From: Octopus bimaculoides
Taxonomy: Eukaryota
Direction: 5' to 3'
Length of the DNA: 46,692 bases
Assembly (NCBI RefSeq): GCF_001194135.2
Contig: NC_068986.1
Span: forward strand, 46,320,784-46,367,475
Shown: piece by piece, positions 10,381 to 23,132 of the stretch
Layout of the letters: each line of letters begins with the position of its first letter
Numbering within the stretch: the first letter of the stretch is position 1
The notes under the pieces: generated by a model
The model's input: only the letters and a program-made list of their open reading frames with translations
Database searches by the model: none
Told to the model about the DNA's origin: nothing
Made by a program: the position numbers and the translations under genes

Positions 10381-12110
10381 TATAGTAATAATATTAGGGA
10401 ATAAAAAATTTATTCCAACCTTACAGGCAAAAATTGGTATAATATTATACCGGGTTTCCTAATACATAATATATATGTATATAACTAATTTAGAGACGAA
10501 CCACCACTCTACAACTCAGTCAACTCAGAACCCTCCAAATTCATGCTGTGAGGCATATTCCATCTTAATATATCTAATATTTTAATCTAAAAATTTAAAC
10601 TAAATAACATATTACATAAATAAATCATAGAAATAAATCATAGAAATATTAATTTAAAAAATTTAAAAGTCAAATTTATAAATTGGACAGTAAAAATTGA
10701 TACGATAGTATACAGTATGGAAGTATAAATGTAAAAAAGTTAGTGCTAGTACATAGACTTCACGCGTTTCATGGCTGAAATAGGACTATATAAAATCATA
10801 AGCAAATTCTATCCGAGTTCATTATAACGGGGAAATTATTTTACTCCCAAAATCAGTCACTCTTCAGGTTAAATCCCTAAAATCATTCAAGAAATAAACA
10901 TAAGCACGAGAAATAAAAATATATATAAAGAAACAAAATCTGTAGACTAATCCCTACGTTAACGGCATTAATATAATTATTGAGAGTTACAATCTAAAGA
11001 TATTATAGTATTATAGTAAACAAGGTTAAAACATTATGGAATAAGTAGATAATAGTAAAAAATGTGTTAGTGTACAAAGTTACTAAAAGACAGATGTCAA
11101 TATTGTTTATAAAATTAAAATAAGAAAACATGACTTATCTGCCGGTTGGTACTGTATATTAAACCAAAATGACTGTGCTATAGAATTTATACTAAAAGGT
11201 CACGTGATAAATATGGCGTCTATTACCCAGAAGTACATGCGTATTATAATTACTAAGATAAAAACGAAAATATCGAAAAAGGAAAATCTACCTAAAATAA
11301 AACGTTTCTTGAGGATTAAAAATACTAAAATACTTAAACTTGCAAATTAACGCAGAGTAATAACTATACTCATACGAAAATTCTATATTACGTAAATAAT
11401 GCTATGAAAATTAATACTGAAAAGTCACGTGATAAACATAGCGTCCATTACCAGAGGTAAGTACGTGTTATAATTACTAAAATAATAACGAAAATAATAA
11501 CGAAAATATCAAAAAAGAAAATCTACATAAAATAAAAAGTTTAATGAAGATTAATAATACTAAAATACTTAAAACTCTCAGATTTATGCAGTATAATAAC
11601 TACACCAAATACGAAAGTTATATATTACTTAAATAATGTTATGAAACATTGTAAAAGACTGCTCATATTATCGTTGAATACTTAAAGTAAAGGTAGTTAT
11701 ATGTTCCAATTTTGTATAATATTGTGATGATTAAAGTGTATTCTAAAGCTAATTTGATGTATTTCACGATACTGATCATAACTATAAGTTGGTACCTAAT
11801 ACTAGGTTTAAATAAATAAATTAGTTATCTAAACTTATTATATAAGTAATTTAATTTATGTCTGCATTTAATATGACGTTCATCGTGAGAGTTAATCAAT
11901 TTGTTATTAGTTAATAATATCTCTTTAAATTCGTTAGTACATAATAAGCAGAATTTATTCCCTATCCTATATGATTTAGCCTTGCAAACTATTTCCCATT
12001 TAAACTTGTATTCTATTCTTTTTGATTTAAGTTATCAAATGTATTTACTAAGGCCCGTAGAGTTCATTAAATTTCTGTTCTTAAAAGAATTCATACGTTG
12101 GGCTACATAT
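10381..12110. mobile_element. Unclassified AT-rich, CpG-retaining insertion; possibly a non-autonomous PLE-derived element
   Basis: Lies between short TA runs, has many intact CpGs compared with its flanks, an A-rich plus strand, an internal 225-bp-period duplication and a hammerhead-like motif. No ORF is recognisable. Confidence 0.4.
11190..11661 (+). repeat. Diverged tandem duplication, period 225 bp
   Basis: gtcacgtgataaa at 11199 and 11424; both copies continue colinearly (attataattactaa..., aaaatctac.taaaataaaa..., aatactaaaatacttaaa...). The second copy has an extra aataacgaaaat duplication. Confidence 0.9.
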
Positions 12111-12121
12111 ATGTATATATC

Positions 12122-12392
12122 TCACTGGACTGGCTCCTGTGCACGTGGCATGTAAAAAACACCATTTGAGCGTGGCCATTGCCAGTACCGCCTGACTGGC
12201 CCTCGTGCTGGTGGCATGTAAAAATAACCACTACACTCTTAGAGTGGTTGGCGTTAGGAAGGGCATCCAACTGTAGAAACTCTGCCAGATCAGATTGAAG
12301 CCTGGTGCAGCCATCTGGCTTGCCAGTCCTCAGTCAAACCGTCCAACTCTTACCAGCATGGAAAGTGGACGTTAAATGATGATGATGATGAT
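12122..12392 (+). mobile_element. SINE family B
   Basis: Same body and (GAT)n tail as the other family B copies. Confidence 0.85.
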
Positions 12393-13559
12393 ATATATAT
12401 ATATATATAAACTTGATGTTTGATAAACATTCCACAGAATGTAAATACTTTGAGCAAGGAGAGGATAAAGCTTTAACTTGAGAAGCTAAGTTTTAGCTTT
12501 GTGTGTGTAGTAGAGTGATCTCAGTGTACATACGTAATTTTCTATGTTAAAAAAGTTAAGTTTTTGCTAAGATATTTAGGTTAAATTCTGAAATGATATC
12601 AATGCTTTTCAATGAATGCAAGGACTGTCGTTAAGTATTTTCAGTTGTTTAATATATTTATCAACATCTCTTTATTACTATGGTAACAAGGAACTAACTA
12701 TCATTGAAATGGCTTTCTTGTATATGTGCAGATTTCACAAAAGATAACATATTTGGCAATTATATAAGCTGATGATTATTTGCTTTGTATCAACAGGCTC
12801 ATAAATATTGCAGTAAGTTTTAGTGAAGTTCAGCTGTGCTTTTTCATCCTTGATATGTGTGACTTAACTGTAAGTAAACCTGGAATTTTGATAAGATCAA
12901 AAGCACTCATATTGTAAACAGGGAAAGTTTTCCTTTGTTCACAGTAACTGGCTAACCCTTTTAAATATTGATATTATTTTGTTTGTTTGTTCTTCCTAAA
13001 TTTCATAAATTATTAAAAGGGTGGAGAGTATTCAGAATGAAAACGAAAACAACTCATTCTGTAACTTTTGCTGTTCTTTAGTCACTCAGCAAAAATTTTC
13101 TCACAAAGAATTTTCCTTAATATCACTTCAAATGTCAAAGTCATTTTCATTCTTAGAGCAACAGATATAGATTTCATGTTGGAGTACTATATGATAAAAC
13201 ATCAATAAAACTAAGATAAATCAGAATCTAAAAGAAGTTAAATAAGATTTTCTTGTTATTAGACATTATAAGCATCAATTTGAGACAGAATAGAGCATCA
13301 AAACCAAATGTTTTTTTTGTTTAATGTTCTGTTCTTGCTTTTTGCTTTTTGTCTCAAGTTGATACTTATATCATTTTCATTAAAATCTTAGCAGTGTAAT
13401 TGTAAGATTTGCTAGAGGTAAATACATTCAAACTTTTTTAGAGAATGGTAAATCAATAACATAAAGTTGGATTTAAGCAAAAATAAAGTTTGCTTTGAAT
13501 AGAATTTCACAAACTATACTCCTTAACTAATAGCCAGTTATTGACATTAGATCTTAGCA

Positions 13560-14400
13560 GGTTCTAATTTCACAATCGCACAAGTTTTCTTACTTTACTG
13601 ATCTTGGAAAACTGATAACTAAGAAATGCATTACTGATGTCAAGGACAGGCTAAAAATTCACAAGTGATTTCTTCCCTCATTTGTTTAAAAGAAAATGTT
13701 TTGGAAACAAATCACAAGTACTGCAGCAGAACAATTAGATTGTGTTTAATGAACTGAAAACCACAAAAGGAAACAAGGTGAAAATACTGAAAGAATTAAA
13801 TACTAGAAAGTTTTATTCCATTGGCCTGTATACTCCATCAACAGTGCCATATGGCTAGGGAAGCTTGCATATAATTCCTAGTTGTAAGAGAGCCAACCAA
13901 TATGAATCAAAAAATTAACTGGCATATTCTATAGAAAGAGTCTCTGCCATTAAAAACAAAACAAAATAGGGATTGAAACTGAGGCAATAGCAAATACACA
14001 AATATCAAAAGCAACACCTGAGTTCTACAACTTATTGTCAAAAGAAATTTAACATTAGATCAAATGCTATCCATAACACCACAGAATACCTACATCCAAA
14101 TATCAACTGGTACAAGAGGAAAACTCACACCAAATTAAGAAATTTAACATATGAGTTTAGCTATCTGCCAACATTATAACACATCTGACCTTATTCAAGT
14201 ATCTTAGCTGGTACCTGAAGATGCCCTTCAAACTAAGAACAAAGGAGAAAGAAAGAGAGAAACATGATAATCATGTCTATTCTTGAGAGAGTAACCATGT
14301 TCAAACAAATTTTTAAATATTCAACCTACATCTAAAATCATATAGTACATTCAACTGACATCCACCTTAATAAATTAAGCCACAAACTAACCATTCTTGC
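13560..14400 (+). mobile_element. Highly degenerate PLE-type RT remnant
   Basis: LKIHK (about 13651, cf. PLE LPKIHK) and YIQISTGTRGKLTP (about 14090-14132, cf. QIxGTAMGTKxAP) occur in the expected order; many stops. Confidence 0.35.
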
Positions 14401-14559
14401 TGATATATATGATTTTATGCTTAAGTACTCCTCTCTTTCTATATTGTTTTCACTGACTTTCTAACTGAATCCTTCCGCTCCTTATGGAGTAAGGGCTATT
14501 GATGACGTTTTGGTCCTTTCTCAAGTCTTGTTGGCTTCAGATTGTTATTGATGCTTCTG

Positions 14560-14770
14560 TAGCTTTTCTTTTTTACTACATAGAAGTGTTGGCCCTGCAC
14601 AAACCCATTTTCACCTCAGGGAAGAAGTGCACTATTTTCATCTGGTCTCTATCTTTTGACTTGTGTAACATTGGAGGTCCGACTAGGAGCTTGCACTCTA
14701 TTAGCATAGCTCTTGGGGTCACTGAAGCTCACAAGCCACCACACTGCAGCAAGAACTGGACCTTGTAGTT
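14560..14770 (-). mobile_element. Possible 5' region of an RTE-type retroposon
   Basis: GC-richer island; minus strand gtggtggcttgtgagcttcagtgaccccaagagctatgct resembles RTE 5' leaders as I recall them. Not verified. Confidence 0.25.
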
Positions 14771-15087
14771 ATTACCATTGAGCCTCAACATTTTCTTCTT
14801 TGGTATGGACTTTAATATGACAGTTTCCATCTGCCACACACATACAAACAAGTGGCTAATAACATAATAACCTCTTAATACTGTAAGAGAAGTAACAGCA
14901 TAAAACTGATGAAACTTTTGCCCACTTCCAATACTGAGAATAATTTATGCAGAGAATGTTAGAGACAAATGAGCTCTACCCACATGATATGTGTCATATA
15001 CACAGCATAAAGACAAATTCTTCAGCAGTGATGGTTATATGAAGCTTACAGGCTTTAAAACATAAAAAAATAAATACTCACACTCAT

Positions 15088-15148
<61 letters not shown>

Positions 15149-15610
15149 ACTAGAAAGATATTGTTAGATGAGAAAAATGTGCCAGATAATACAAAAATAT
15201 TTGATATACCGAAGGAAAATAATACTAGCTATCATCATTCAGAGAATGAAGTCAGCTGTAAACAGTTGCAGCTGCTGAAGATGCAGCAGCAGCAACAGCT
15301 AAATCTTTACAGCAATAGCAGCAGCTTCATGTATGATATATAACACATTTGGTCTAGTGAAATGTGATGCTACATAAGATCAAGTGTTATCAAATGTCAT
15401 TTTACATATAAAATACATGGCACTCAATGCAATCTGATAAAAGGAAAACAATACCACAATACTGGAAACATTACTACAATAAACCTGCTAAACAAATGAT
15501 ATACATTCTTAGCTGAACAAATGTAAAATACTGGATAATTTTCATCTGAACCATATAGCATAGCATGGATTATATTCCAAAAATAATTGTTAAATTTATA
15601 GTATTTTTCT

Positions 15611-15870
15611 TTTACTTTGCTTCAGTCAATGTACTGCAGCTATGCTTGGGCACTGCACTGAAATGTTTAGTCAAACATATCGACCTCAGTGTTTATTTAA
15701 GTTTGGTATTTATTCTGGTCTCTTTAACTGAACTGCAAAATTATGGAGATGTAAACAAAACATGCAGCGAGTGAGGGCAAACATAAACGCATACACACAC
15801 ATACCATATTTGTTCAGAAGTTATTGGTCAGCCTGATGCTATAGCAGAATACACCTGCAAAGTGGGCTTC
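15611..15870 (-). mobile_element. SINE family A, 3' part, diverged
   Basis: tttactttgcttcagtca...gcagctatgct...cactgc reverse-match the family A tail. Confidence 0.55.
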
Positions 15871-16343
15871 TTAAAAACAGAGTCAAGCTAATAAATAGAA
15901 TATGTAAAAAATATCCATGTCATAATGAAAACAATAAAAACAGTCTTTGCGGATGGAGAAAATATTATTGGAAGGAAGAAAAAGAAGAAGTTATGATGCC
16001 CTTGTATAGTAAAAGTATCCAGATTTTTTGCATTTTAGGGTTTAGAGTAAAAGCGTTTGAGAAAAGCATAGACTGAGAGATGTTCAGAGGTGTGATTGAA
16101 AGAGTTGAAGTTTTGAGCTATGAGTTTGAGGATATCCTGAGTATTGTTATGAATGAAAGTTAAATGAAGTACAAAGTGTTTAATCATATTGTCACCAGGC
16201 CATGATATCTAGAAAATGATTGCAGTTCAACAATCTTTCTTTACTAAACAAAATATTTACTAATAAAGATTAATTTCTGTAATAACAGGAAAAAATTAGT
16301 CAAGCATTGTTATAGGGAATATACATATTTAAAGAAGCTTTAA

Positions 16344-16563
16344 TCCTTTTTAATACCCACCCACCTTAGGCCACCTCTGGGTCTATGATACAAACCTCCT
16401 TTTTAAAATGATTTAAATTAAAATCTTATATCAAAATTTTATGTTAATTTATGTCCCAAACACCATCTTAATAATGACATAGTTATTTTACTAAAATTTT
16501 TTGTTATTTTCAAAATTAATTGAAATAAAGATGTATTTTAACAGAAGTACGGTAATGAAAGGG
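16344..16563. mobile_element. piggyBac-like (TTAA) MITE, degenerate
   Basis: ttaa|tcctttt ... gaaaggg|taaa ends resemble TTAA-CCC...GGG-TTAA termini; AT-rich non-coding interior. Confidence 0.4.
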
Positions 16564-16570
16564 TAAAACT

Positions 16571-16728
16571 CGGTGGCATAGCTGAGGGAATTGGGGAAAA
16601 GGGATGGTTTGCCCCTGATGACACTTTTATGAGGGAAGCACTTTTGGGTCTGCAATATGAGCCTGTATAGGGTGGATGGGTAGAGCAGGGCAAACTCAAG
16701 GGCTGCATATACACTAGCTAAATCACTG
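16571..16728. mobile_element. hAT-type MITE (158 bp)
   Basis: Imperfect TIRs cggtggcatagctga / ctagctaaatcactg; 8-bp target duplication gtaaaact (16563-70) / ataaaact (16729-36), 7 of 8 identical. Confidence 0.6.
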
Positions 16729-16974
16729 ATAAAACTCCACTAGAAAAAATTAAGGTCAATCCAAAATGTGGTGCATGATACAAGAGGAAAACCATGTCTA
16801 CTCTTTATGAGACTATGAATGATGCTTTATATTGGCCATACAAAAATAGTTTTTAGCTGTGATTGAACATTTGTGATTAAGAGTTTATCTTGAAGTACTT
16901 CACCTTAAGGCAATATTTTATCTTAAGACACTTCAAGATATTAAGATATTTCAACTTCAGATAATATATCAAAG

Positions 16975-17015
<41 letters not shown>

Positions 17016-17935
17016 AATATATCAAAGGAAGTGTTTGGTTGTTATCGTATGAACAAAATATTTATTAGTTTTTTCCTCTTCCCATAATTTCCCAGTCATC
17101 ACATCCCATATTGTCTAAAATCTTTTCTACCCAGGATCATATTTCTAGAATGTTCTGTCATTACCCATATTTCTCCAGCTATTAACCTTTAGCAGTTCAT
17201 GGTAAATATTAATTGCATAGACCTCACCCAGTTATCTTGCCACCTGGGAAAGGTTATGGATAACTACCTTTTTCTTTCTCAGACATACTAACAAACGCAC
17301 AGTTATGTAAAGAAAGAGGAAAATGCTTCAAGTAATTTACAATCAAATAACTTTTTGTTAACTTGTTATAAATAACATTTTCATTTGGACTGAATTATTG
17401 CCAAAAATTGGACAGCTACATAAAAAAGCTGGAGTACTGCCTTAGTTTGTACATAGTCTCCCTTGTTAATTATAATAATAAATAATATAATAAAATAACA
17501 GATAAATATAATAAGAATATACAACAAAAATATGAGTCAAGTTATGTAATTTTACTTCTATAATTTAATAGTAAACATTCAAATATTATTCTCTTAGTTA
17601 CTAACTGTTTAATTGTTTGAATTATGAGTAATTCCTTGGATTTCTTAGTCACAAATGTCATCATCATTGTCATCATTTAACACACACTTTTCTATGCTTA
17701 TATGGGTCAGATTGAATTTGCTGGGGCAAATTTTCTATGGCCAGATGCATTTCCTGTTGCCAACATTCACTTGTTGCCAAGCAAGGTAATATTTTCTTAT
17801 TACTAAACATGTTTTTCTCCTCAAATATTGGAAATGAACAACTTTGCTTATATGTCAGTGATGCTCATTTACAGCCATCAGACAATGTCTAGAAAAGGGT
17901 ACATGCAAATACACAGACACATGCATATATATATG

Positions 17936-18245
17936 TGTAGGTGCATGACTAAGTGGTTAAGAGTGTCAGGCTTACAGTCATGAGGTAGTGAGTTTCATTC
18001 CCAGACTAGGCTGTGTGCTGTGTTCTTGAGCAAGATACTTTATTCTTATGCTACTCTAGTTGCGATGTCACTGGTGCCAATGAGTTGCGATGTCACTGGT
18101 GCCAAACAGTATTGACCTTTGCTTTCCCTTGGATTGCATCAGTGGCATGGGCAGGGGAGGCTGGTATGCATGGGTGACTACTGGTCTACCATAAACAACA
18201 TTGCCCAAACTTGTACCTCAGAGGGGAACTTTCTAGGTACATCAT
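17936..18245 (+). mobile_element. Second tRNA-head SINE type
   Basis: gactaagtggttaag (A-box-like), gagtttcattccc (B-box-like), gtgttcttgagcaagatact segment; internal tandem duplication of agttgcgatgtcactggtgccaa. Confidence 0.6.
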
Positions 18246-18388
18246 GGTATATATATATATATATATATATATNNNNNNNNNNNNNNNNNNNNNNNNNNNN
18301 NNNNNNNNNNNNNNNNNNNNNNNNNNNNNNNNNNNNNNNNNNNNNNNNNNNNNNNNNNNNNNNNNNNNNNNNNNNNNNNNNNNATATA

Positions 18389-19131
18389 TTAGGTTGTTTC
18401 ATATGAAATGTCACATCTTTAATTACTTGTTATTTCAGTCATTTAAAAACTCAATTGTGTATACCTTGCATTTAAACTTAACTCTTTATCTTTCCCAACA
18501 ATATTGGTATACAAAATTCGTACCCACAGACCTTATGAAAATGATAACAACCAAACTATATTGAGTGATTTTCTCATATGAGTACAAACTGGGTCACTCT
18601 GCTGCAGAAGCTTTGGCAATGGTTTTGTTGACATCAGAACTGTTCAGAGATGGTTCTAAAGCTCTCATTCAGGAGATGATAGCCTTGAAAATAAACCAAG
18701 GAGTAGGCCAAAATCAGTTATTCAGCAGGACGGATTAAATGCTTTGGTTGAACAAAATCTGAAAACAAAGGTTTGCAAACTTTCATCAGAACTCCAAACA
18801 TGTCGCACAACTGTTTTTGGATACCTGTAAAAAATTGGAAAAGTCTAGAAAACGGATAGGTTTATTCTACATCAACTGAACAAGATAAAAAAAAAACAGA
18901 CGTCTTGAAGTGTGCTCCTTATTGCTTTCTTGACTGGAAAAAGGACTATTTTTGCATCAAATCATTACTTGTAATGAGAAATGGATACTCTTTGACAATA
19001 GCAGAACAGGACAGTGATTAGATGCAGAAGAGTCACCTAAACACTACCCAAACCCACCATTGTACCCTAAAAAGTTAGTGGTCACTGTATGGTGGTCTTT
19101 CAAATATGACATTTCATGGGAAACAACCTAA
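18389..19131 (+). mobile_element. Internally deleted mariner element (743 bp)
   Basis: TIRs ttaggttgtttcatatgaaatgtcacat / atatgacatttcatgggaaacaacctaa. Remnants WILFDN and PKPPLYPKKLVVTVWW run straight into the right TIR. Confidence 0.85.
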
Positions 19132-19379
19132 TGTATGTATGTATACATACATACATTTGTTTATCTGCACAATTGTCTCCATATCTGCTCACCTGGATTC
19201 CACTTATAGTCATGATTTGCCCTGCGGAACTGGTCCCATGTAAAGATATTGGAGAAGTTTGAATAATTTGAGTGCTACTAAGTATTTTTTTATACCAAGA
19301 ATGTCTGGATCTCATCTGTTGCCTCTCTCTCTCTCTCTCCCTCTTTATATATACACACACCACACACATATACAACATA

Positions 19380-19541
19380 GACTTCTTTCAGATTCCACTA
19401 CATTCTACTAAATCCACTCACAAAGCTTTGGTCAACTCAGTGTTATAGTAGAAAACACTTGCCCAAAGTGCCATGCAAGGAGACTGAACCCAAGACCATA
19501 TTGGTGAGAAGCAAGCTTCTTAACTATACAGCCATAACTGC
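19380..19541 (-). mobile_element. SINE family A, 5' half
   Basis: aaatccactcacaaagctttggtc...cacttgcccaaagtgcc...gactgaaccc. Similar 5' halves lie at 1770-1920 (-), 20780-20945 (-), 22610-22770 (+) and 25400-25570 (+). Confidence 0.7.
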
Positions 19542-20352
19542 AACTATGAACAACTTCAAATCTATGTTTGCAGTTATTCATAGCCAATATATTACAAACA
19601 TTTTTAATAAAAGTAACAAACTATCTAATATATATTAGATGTCTACAAACATCCAGTTTGAATAAGCCTACTGATAACAAATTATGAGCATCATCCCATC
19701 ACCCTGCAATAATCATATATATGATAAACTTGATAAGGCTCTCTCATATCAACTTGAGAGCTTTCCTATCTCTCCTACTCTTTTTCACCTTTATACAAAC
19801 AAATGATTTTGAGGAAATAGAGATAAAGACCAGCAAAATTTTCCTCAAACTACATCCTCACCCTGTTAATATGAAAAATAAGACAGGAGATATTATAGAT
19901 CAAGGTATACATTATTCATGAAAAACAAAAAGGAAAAGAACCAAATCAAAGCAAAATATTAAACATGACAAGCAGCCCATGGATCAAATTCCTTTGATCA
20001 TTGACTGATCTGTTCAATCAAAAATGATTTAGTGGTTGGCTAAATAACATCAAACTACTTGCTGTCACCTCTAATGACATATTCATCCTTAGGCAATGAC
20101 ATTAATACTTCACCATCTTTCAACACAACACTCTCTTCCAGGTATAATCATTTTGCAAAATGCAGAAACGTTGAGAACACACTGCAATGAGATGTCAACT
20201 TAGCCCTTCTCAAAAACATCTAAAACACAAAAAATACAATTAATCATAAGAGAATAAGCCTTCAAAACTACACACAACTGATGAACACACTATTAAAGCC
20301 ATCATACTTTCTAAAGATGTTACATCCAAGACAATGGTACAGTTGCTACACC

Positions 20353-20481
20353 CTACACTACAGTACAGATGCTAGGTCCTAAACTTCAGTACAGATGCTG
20401 ATTCTACACTATAGTACAGGTGCTAGGTTCTACACTACAATACAGATACTAGATCCTATATTATAATTCAAATGCATAGTT
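20353..20481 (+). repeat. Minisatellite, about five copies of a 25-26 bp unit
   Basis: Consensus ctacactacagtacagatgctaggt(c/t), contiguous with no spacers. Confidence 0.85.
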
Positions 20482-22761
20482 CAAGAAAACTAGTTTGGGC
20501 AAATATGGAGTGGAAAGGGTAGGTTGATTGTATGGACAACTACTAGTCTTTCTCAAAAACTCTTGTCTCAACTTGCACATATATTTGCAGATGCATGATC
20601 AGTAGTGATTGATGGAAGCCTAAAAGACTGAAAGGTTAAATTTTTCCAAAGTTATGCTCCTCTTAGAGAAATTTTTATGTACATAACAAGATATTTGTAC
20701 AAATTTACAGTTTACACAAATACATGTGAACAACACATATACACATGAGCATGCACACAAACACATCTATTTATATGATTGGATTCCACACAGTTTTAGT
20801 TTCACAAATTTCATACATAGGACATTGGTGAACCCAAGGCAATGCTAAATGATGCTTGCATAAGGTGCCACACAGTCGAATCAAACCTGGAGAACCAAAT
20901 TGTTGTGAAACAAACTTCTTATCCATACAGCCATGCCTGCATCATATGTCAGATGTAATAAAAATAAGACTGAATATTAACAAAACAAAACTTGTAATTT
21001 TTTTGAAGATTTCACACAAGAATTTGGATTTCTTATGCAAATCCTTTGTTGTTATTTTTTTAAAAGCAAAATAAGACATGCTAATTAGACATGCTAATTA
21101 GATTACACCATTCAAAAGCTGTCAAGTCTTTATATTAGAAGAAATATAGAAAGAAAAAGCTAACTACAGTTCTGATAGACAGATTTTTTTAAAGCCAAAT
21201 GGATTAGATTCCTGCTGGTGACAAATTAGTTAATAATATTAGAAATGATGACAGCTAAAGATGGTGATTCATAGTTTTAGACATTGTCTACTGTATCATG
21301 ATAGTGGTCAAATGCATAATGGGAGAAAATTTATAATATTGGTTTTCTTCAAAATAGATCTCAGTGTTTGACAAAATTTCAGAGATTGCAAGCATTCTTC
21401 ATTCATATACTTTTAGAAAATTCTGACAAATCAATTTCAAGGTTTTCTCTTGTTGTTGATTAGCTCTAGTTAACCCTGTTCAACTAGATCTATTACCAAA
21501 GTCATTCCAAATGAAACTAGTCTATCTTTTTAGAGATATGTAAGAGCATATTATTTAATGTATCCCTTCATTATTTAAGTAGGTAGTGTGAAGTTTGACA
21601 ACAGTTTGGTTGCTATTTCTTATAGACTGATAGACTACATAGAGTCCCTCATCCCACCTCACTGAACAGAATGGGAGAATGTATCGATGATTGTAAGTGT
21701 GACAAGGTGCAATAAACAAAGCTTTGATTATACATGGGAAAATATGAATTAAAAACATCATGAGTAAACATTGGGATGCATTACATGCTATAATCAGACA
21801 TTCTGATCTAATGTATAATGATTAGTTGAGTAGTATTGCTTTTTAGACAAAGAGAAAACCAATAAAAACAAATAAGTATTCTTGATAAGAAAATTATGGA
21901 AATTATCTAAAAAGTATCACCATCACTATCATTTATGTTTCATATCCAGCAGTAGCCATCATTAGGGATTTTGTTTTGTTCTCTTTTTAAATATTATAAC
22001 ACTGCATTGTATTAACAAGAGAAATTTGCAACAGTGACCACTTTCATTTCCTAATTGCATTAGAGACAGTAGATTATTTACTATGAAATTATAACTGGGT
22101 TGGCAAATTAAATACCTTTCCAATCTATTTACTTATTCAAATAAGAAAGATAAAATGGCCAGACAGTCAACAATTACTACATGTAAAGTCAAGAACAAGA
22201 TAGTTTGGATCTACAGATTTATTTATTGATTGATTGAGCTGAATGTGTTGAACACATTGTCATTGTAAAAGACAGAAGTTATTCTCCTGTGATGCACACT
22301 AGAGTGACCAATACACTTTGTGTCTGAACTTGGTTGGATGTATCACAAATAAATATGCAAATGAGTTCCTGGTCTCATTGCACATGGTACAAATAACGAT
22401 ATGTTATTTCTATATTTTCATAAAAAGAACTTGTGCATTTTCAACAGTATTAAGCTATAAATTTGATTTTTGAAAAAAGGAGTGAATAAATAAATCCACT
22501 GGGTAAAATAAAGGCATTTAGGATCATACCATCAAAGCTAATCTTAATCATGAATGTTAAAGAATTGAAATTGAAAAACACAAAGAAAAAGCTTGAATGA
22601 TTAGTGCAGTAATGGGTGTGTGGTTCAACAGTTTACTTCCTGACCAAATGCTTTCATTATTCAGTCCCAATGCATGGTACCTAGGACAAGTGTCTCCTAT
22701 TGTCATTCCAGGTTGACCAAAGCGTTGTGAGTGGATTTGGTGAATAGGATATGAAATAAGA

Positions 22762-22798
<37 letters not shown>

Positions 22799-22801
<3 letters not shown>

Positions 22802-23129
22802 CCCAGCTTCGCCTTCCTGGCACTTGTAAAGACATTCGAGCGAGATCGTTGCCAGTGCTGCTGGACTGGCTCCTGTGCAGGTGGCACATAAAATACACCA
22901 TTTTGAGTGTGGCCATTGCCAGTACTGCCTGACTGGCCTTTGTGCCGGTGGCATGTAAAAGCACCCACTACACTCTCAGAGTGGTTGGCATTAGGAAGGG
23001 CATCCAGCTGTAGAAACTCTGCCAAATCAGATTGGAGCCTGGTATAGCCATCTGGTTCACCAGTCCTCAGTCAAATCGTCCAACCCATGCTAGCATGGAA
23101 AGCGGATGCTAAACGACGATGATGATGAT
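22799..23129 (+). mobile_element. SINE family B
   Basis: Two gccagt...actggc subunits, family body and (GAT)n tail, followed directly by the Tc1 insertion. Confidence 0.85.
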
Positions 23130-23132
23130 ATA

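Noticed and set aside
10446-10460. GAAACCCGGTA on minus as another hammerhead half
   Set aside because: Not palindromic, and no NUGANNA core or stem II upstream.
14215-14232. Possible 18-nt micro-exon on minus after a strong pyrimidine tract
   Set aside because: Donor GTACCA is weak, the phase-1 frame needed after the Kazal exon hits TGA, and the tract is a simple GA-rich run inside a retroelement remnant.
15250-15330. CAG-rich poly-Gln-like stretch
   Set aside because: Short degenerate trinucleotide repeat with no splice signals or domain context.
20041-20145. Protein-like minus-strand frame LEESVVLKDGEVLMSLPKDEYVIRG
   Set aside because: Only about 30 codons, bounded by stops, with no acceptor and no recognisable family.
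20353-20481. Regular short repeats as a possible CRISPR array
   Set aside because: Units are contiguous with no unique spacers, the context is eukaryotic and there are no cas genes.
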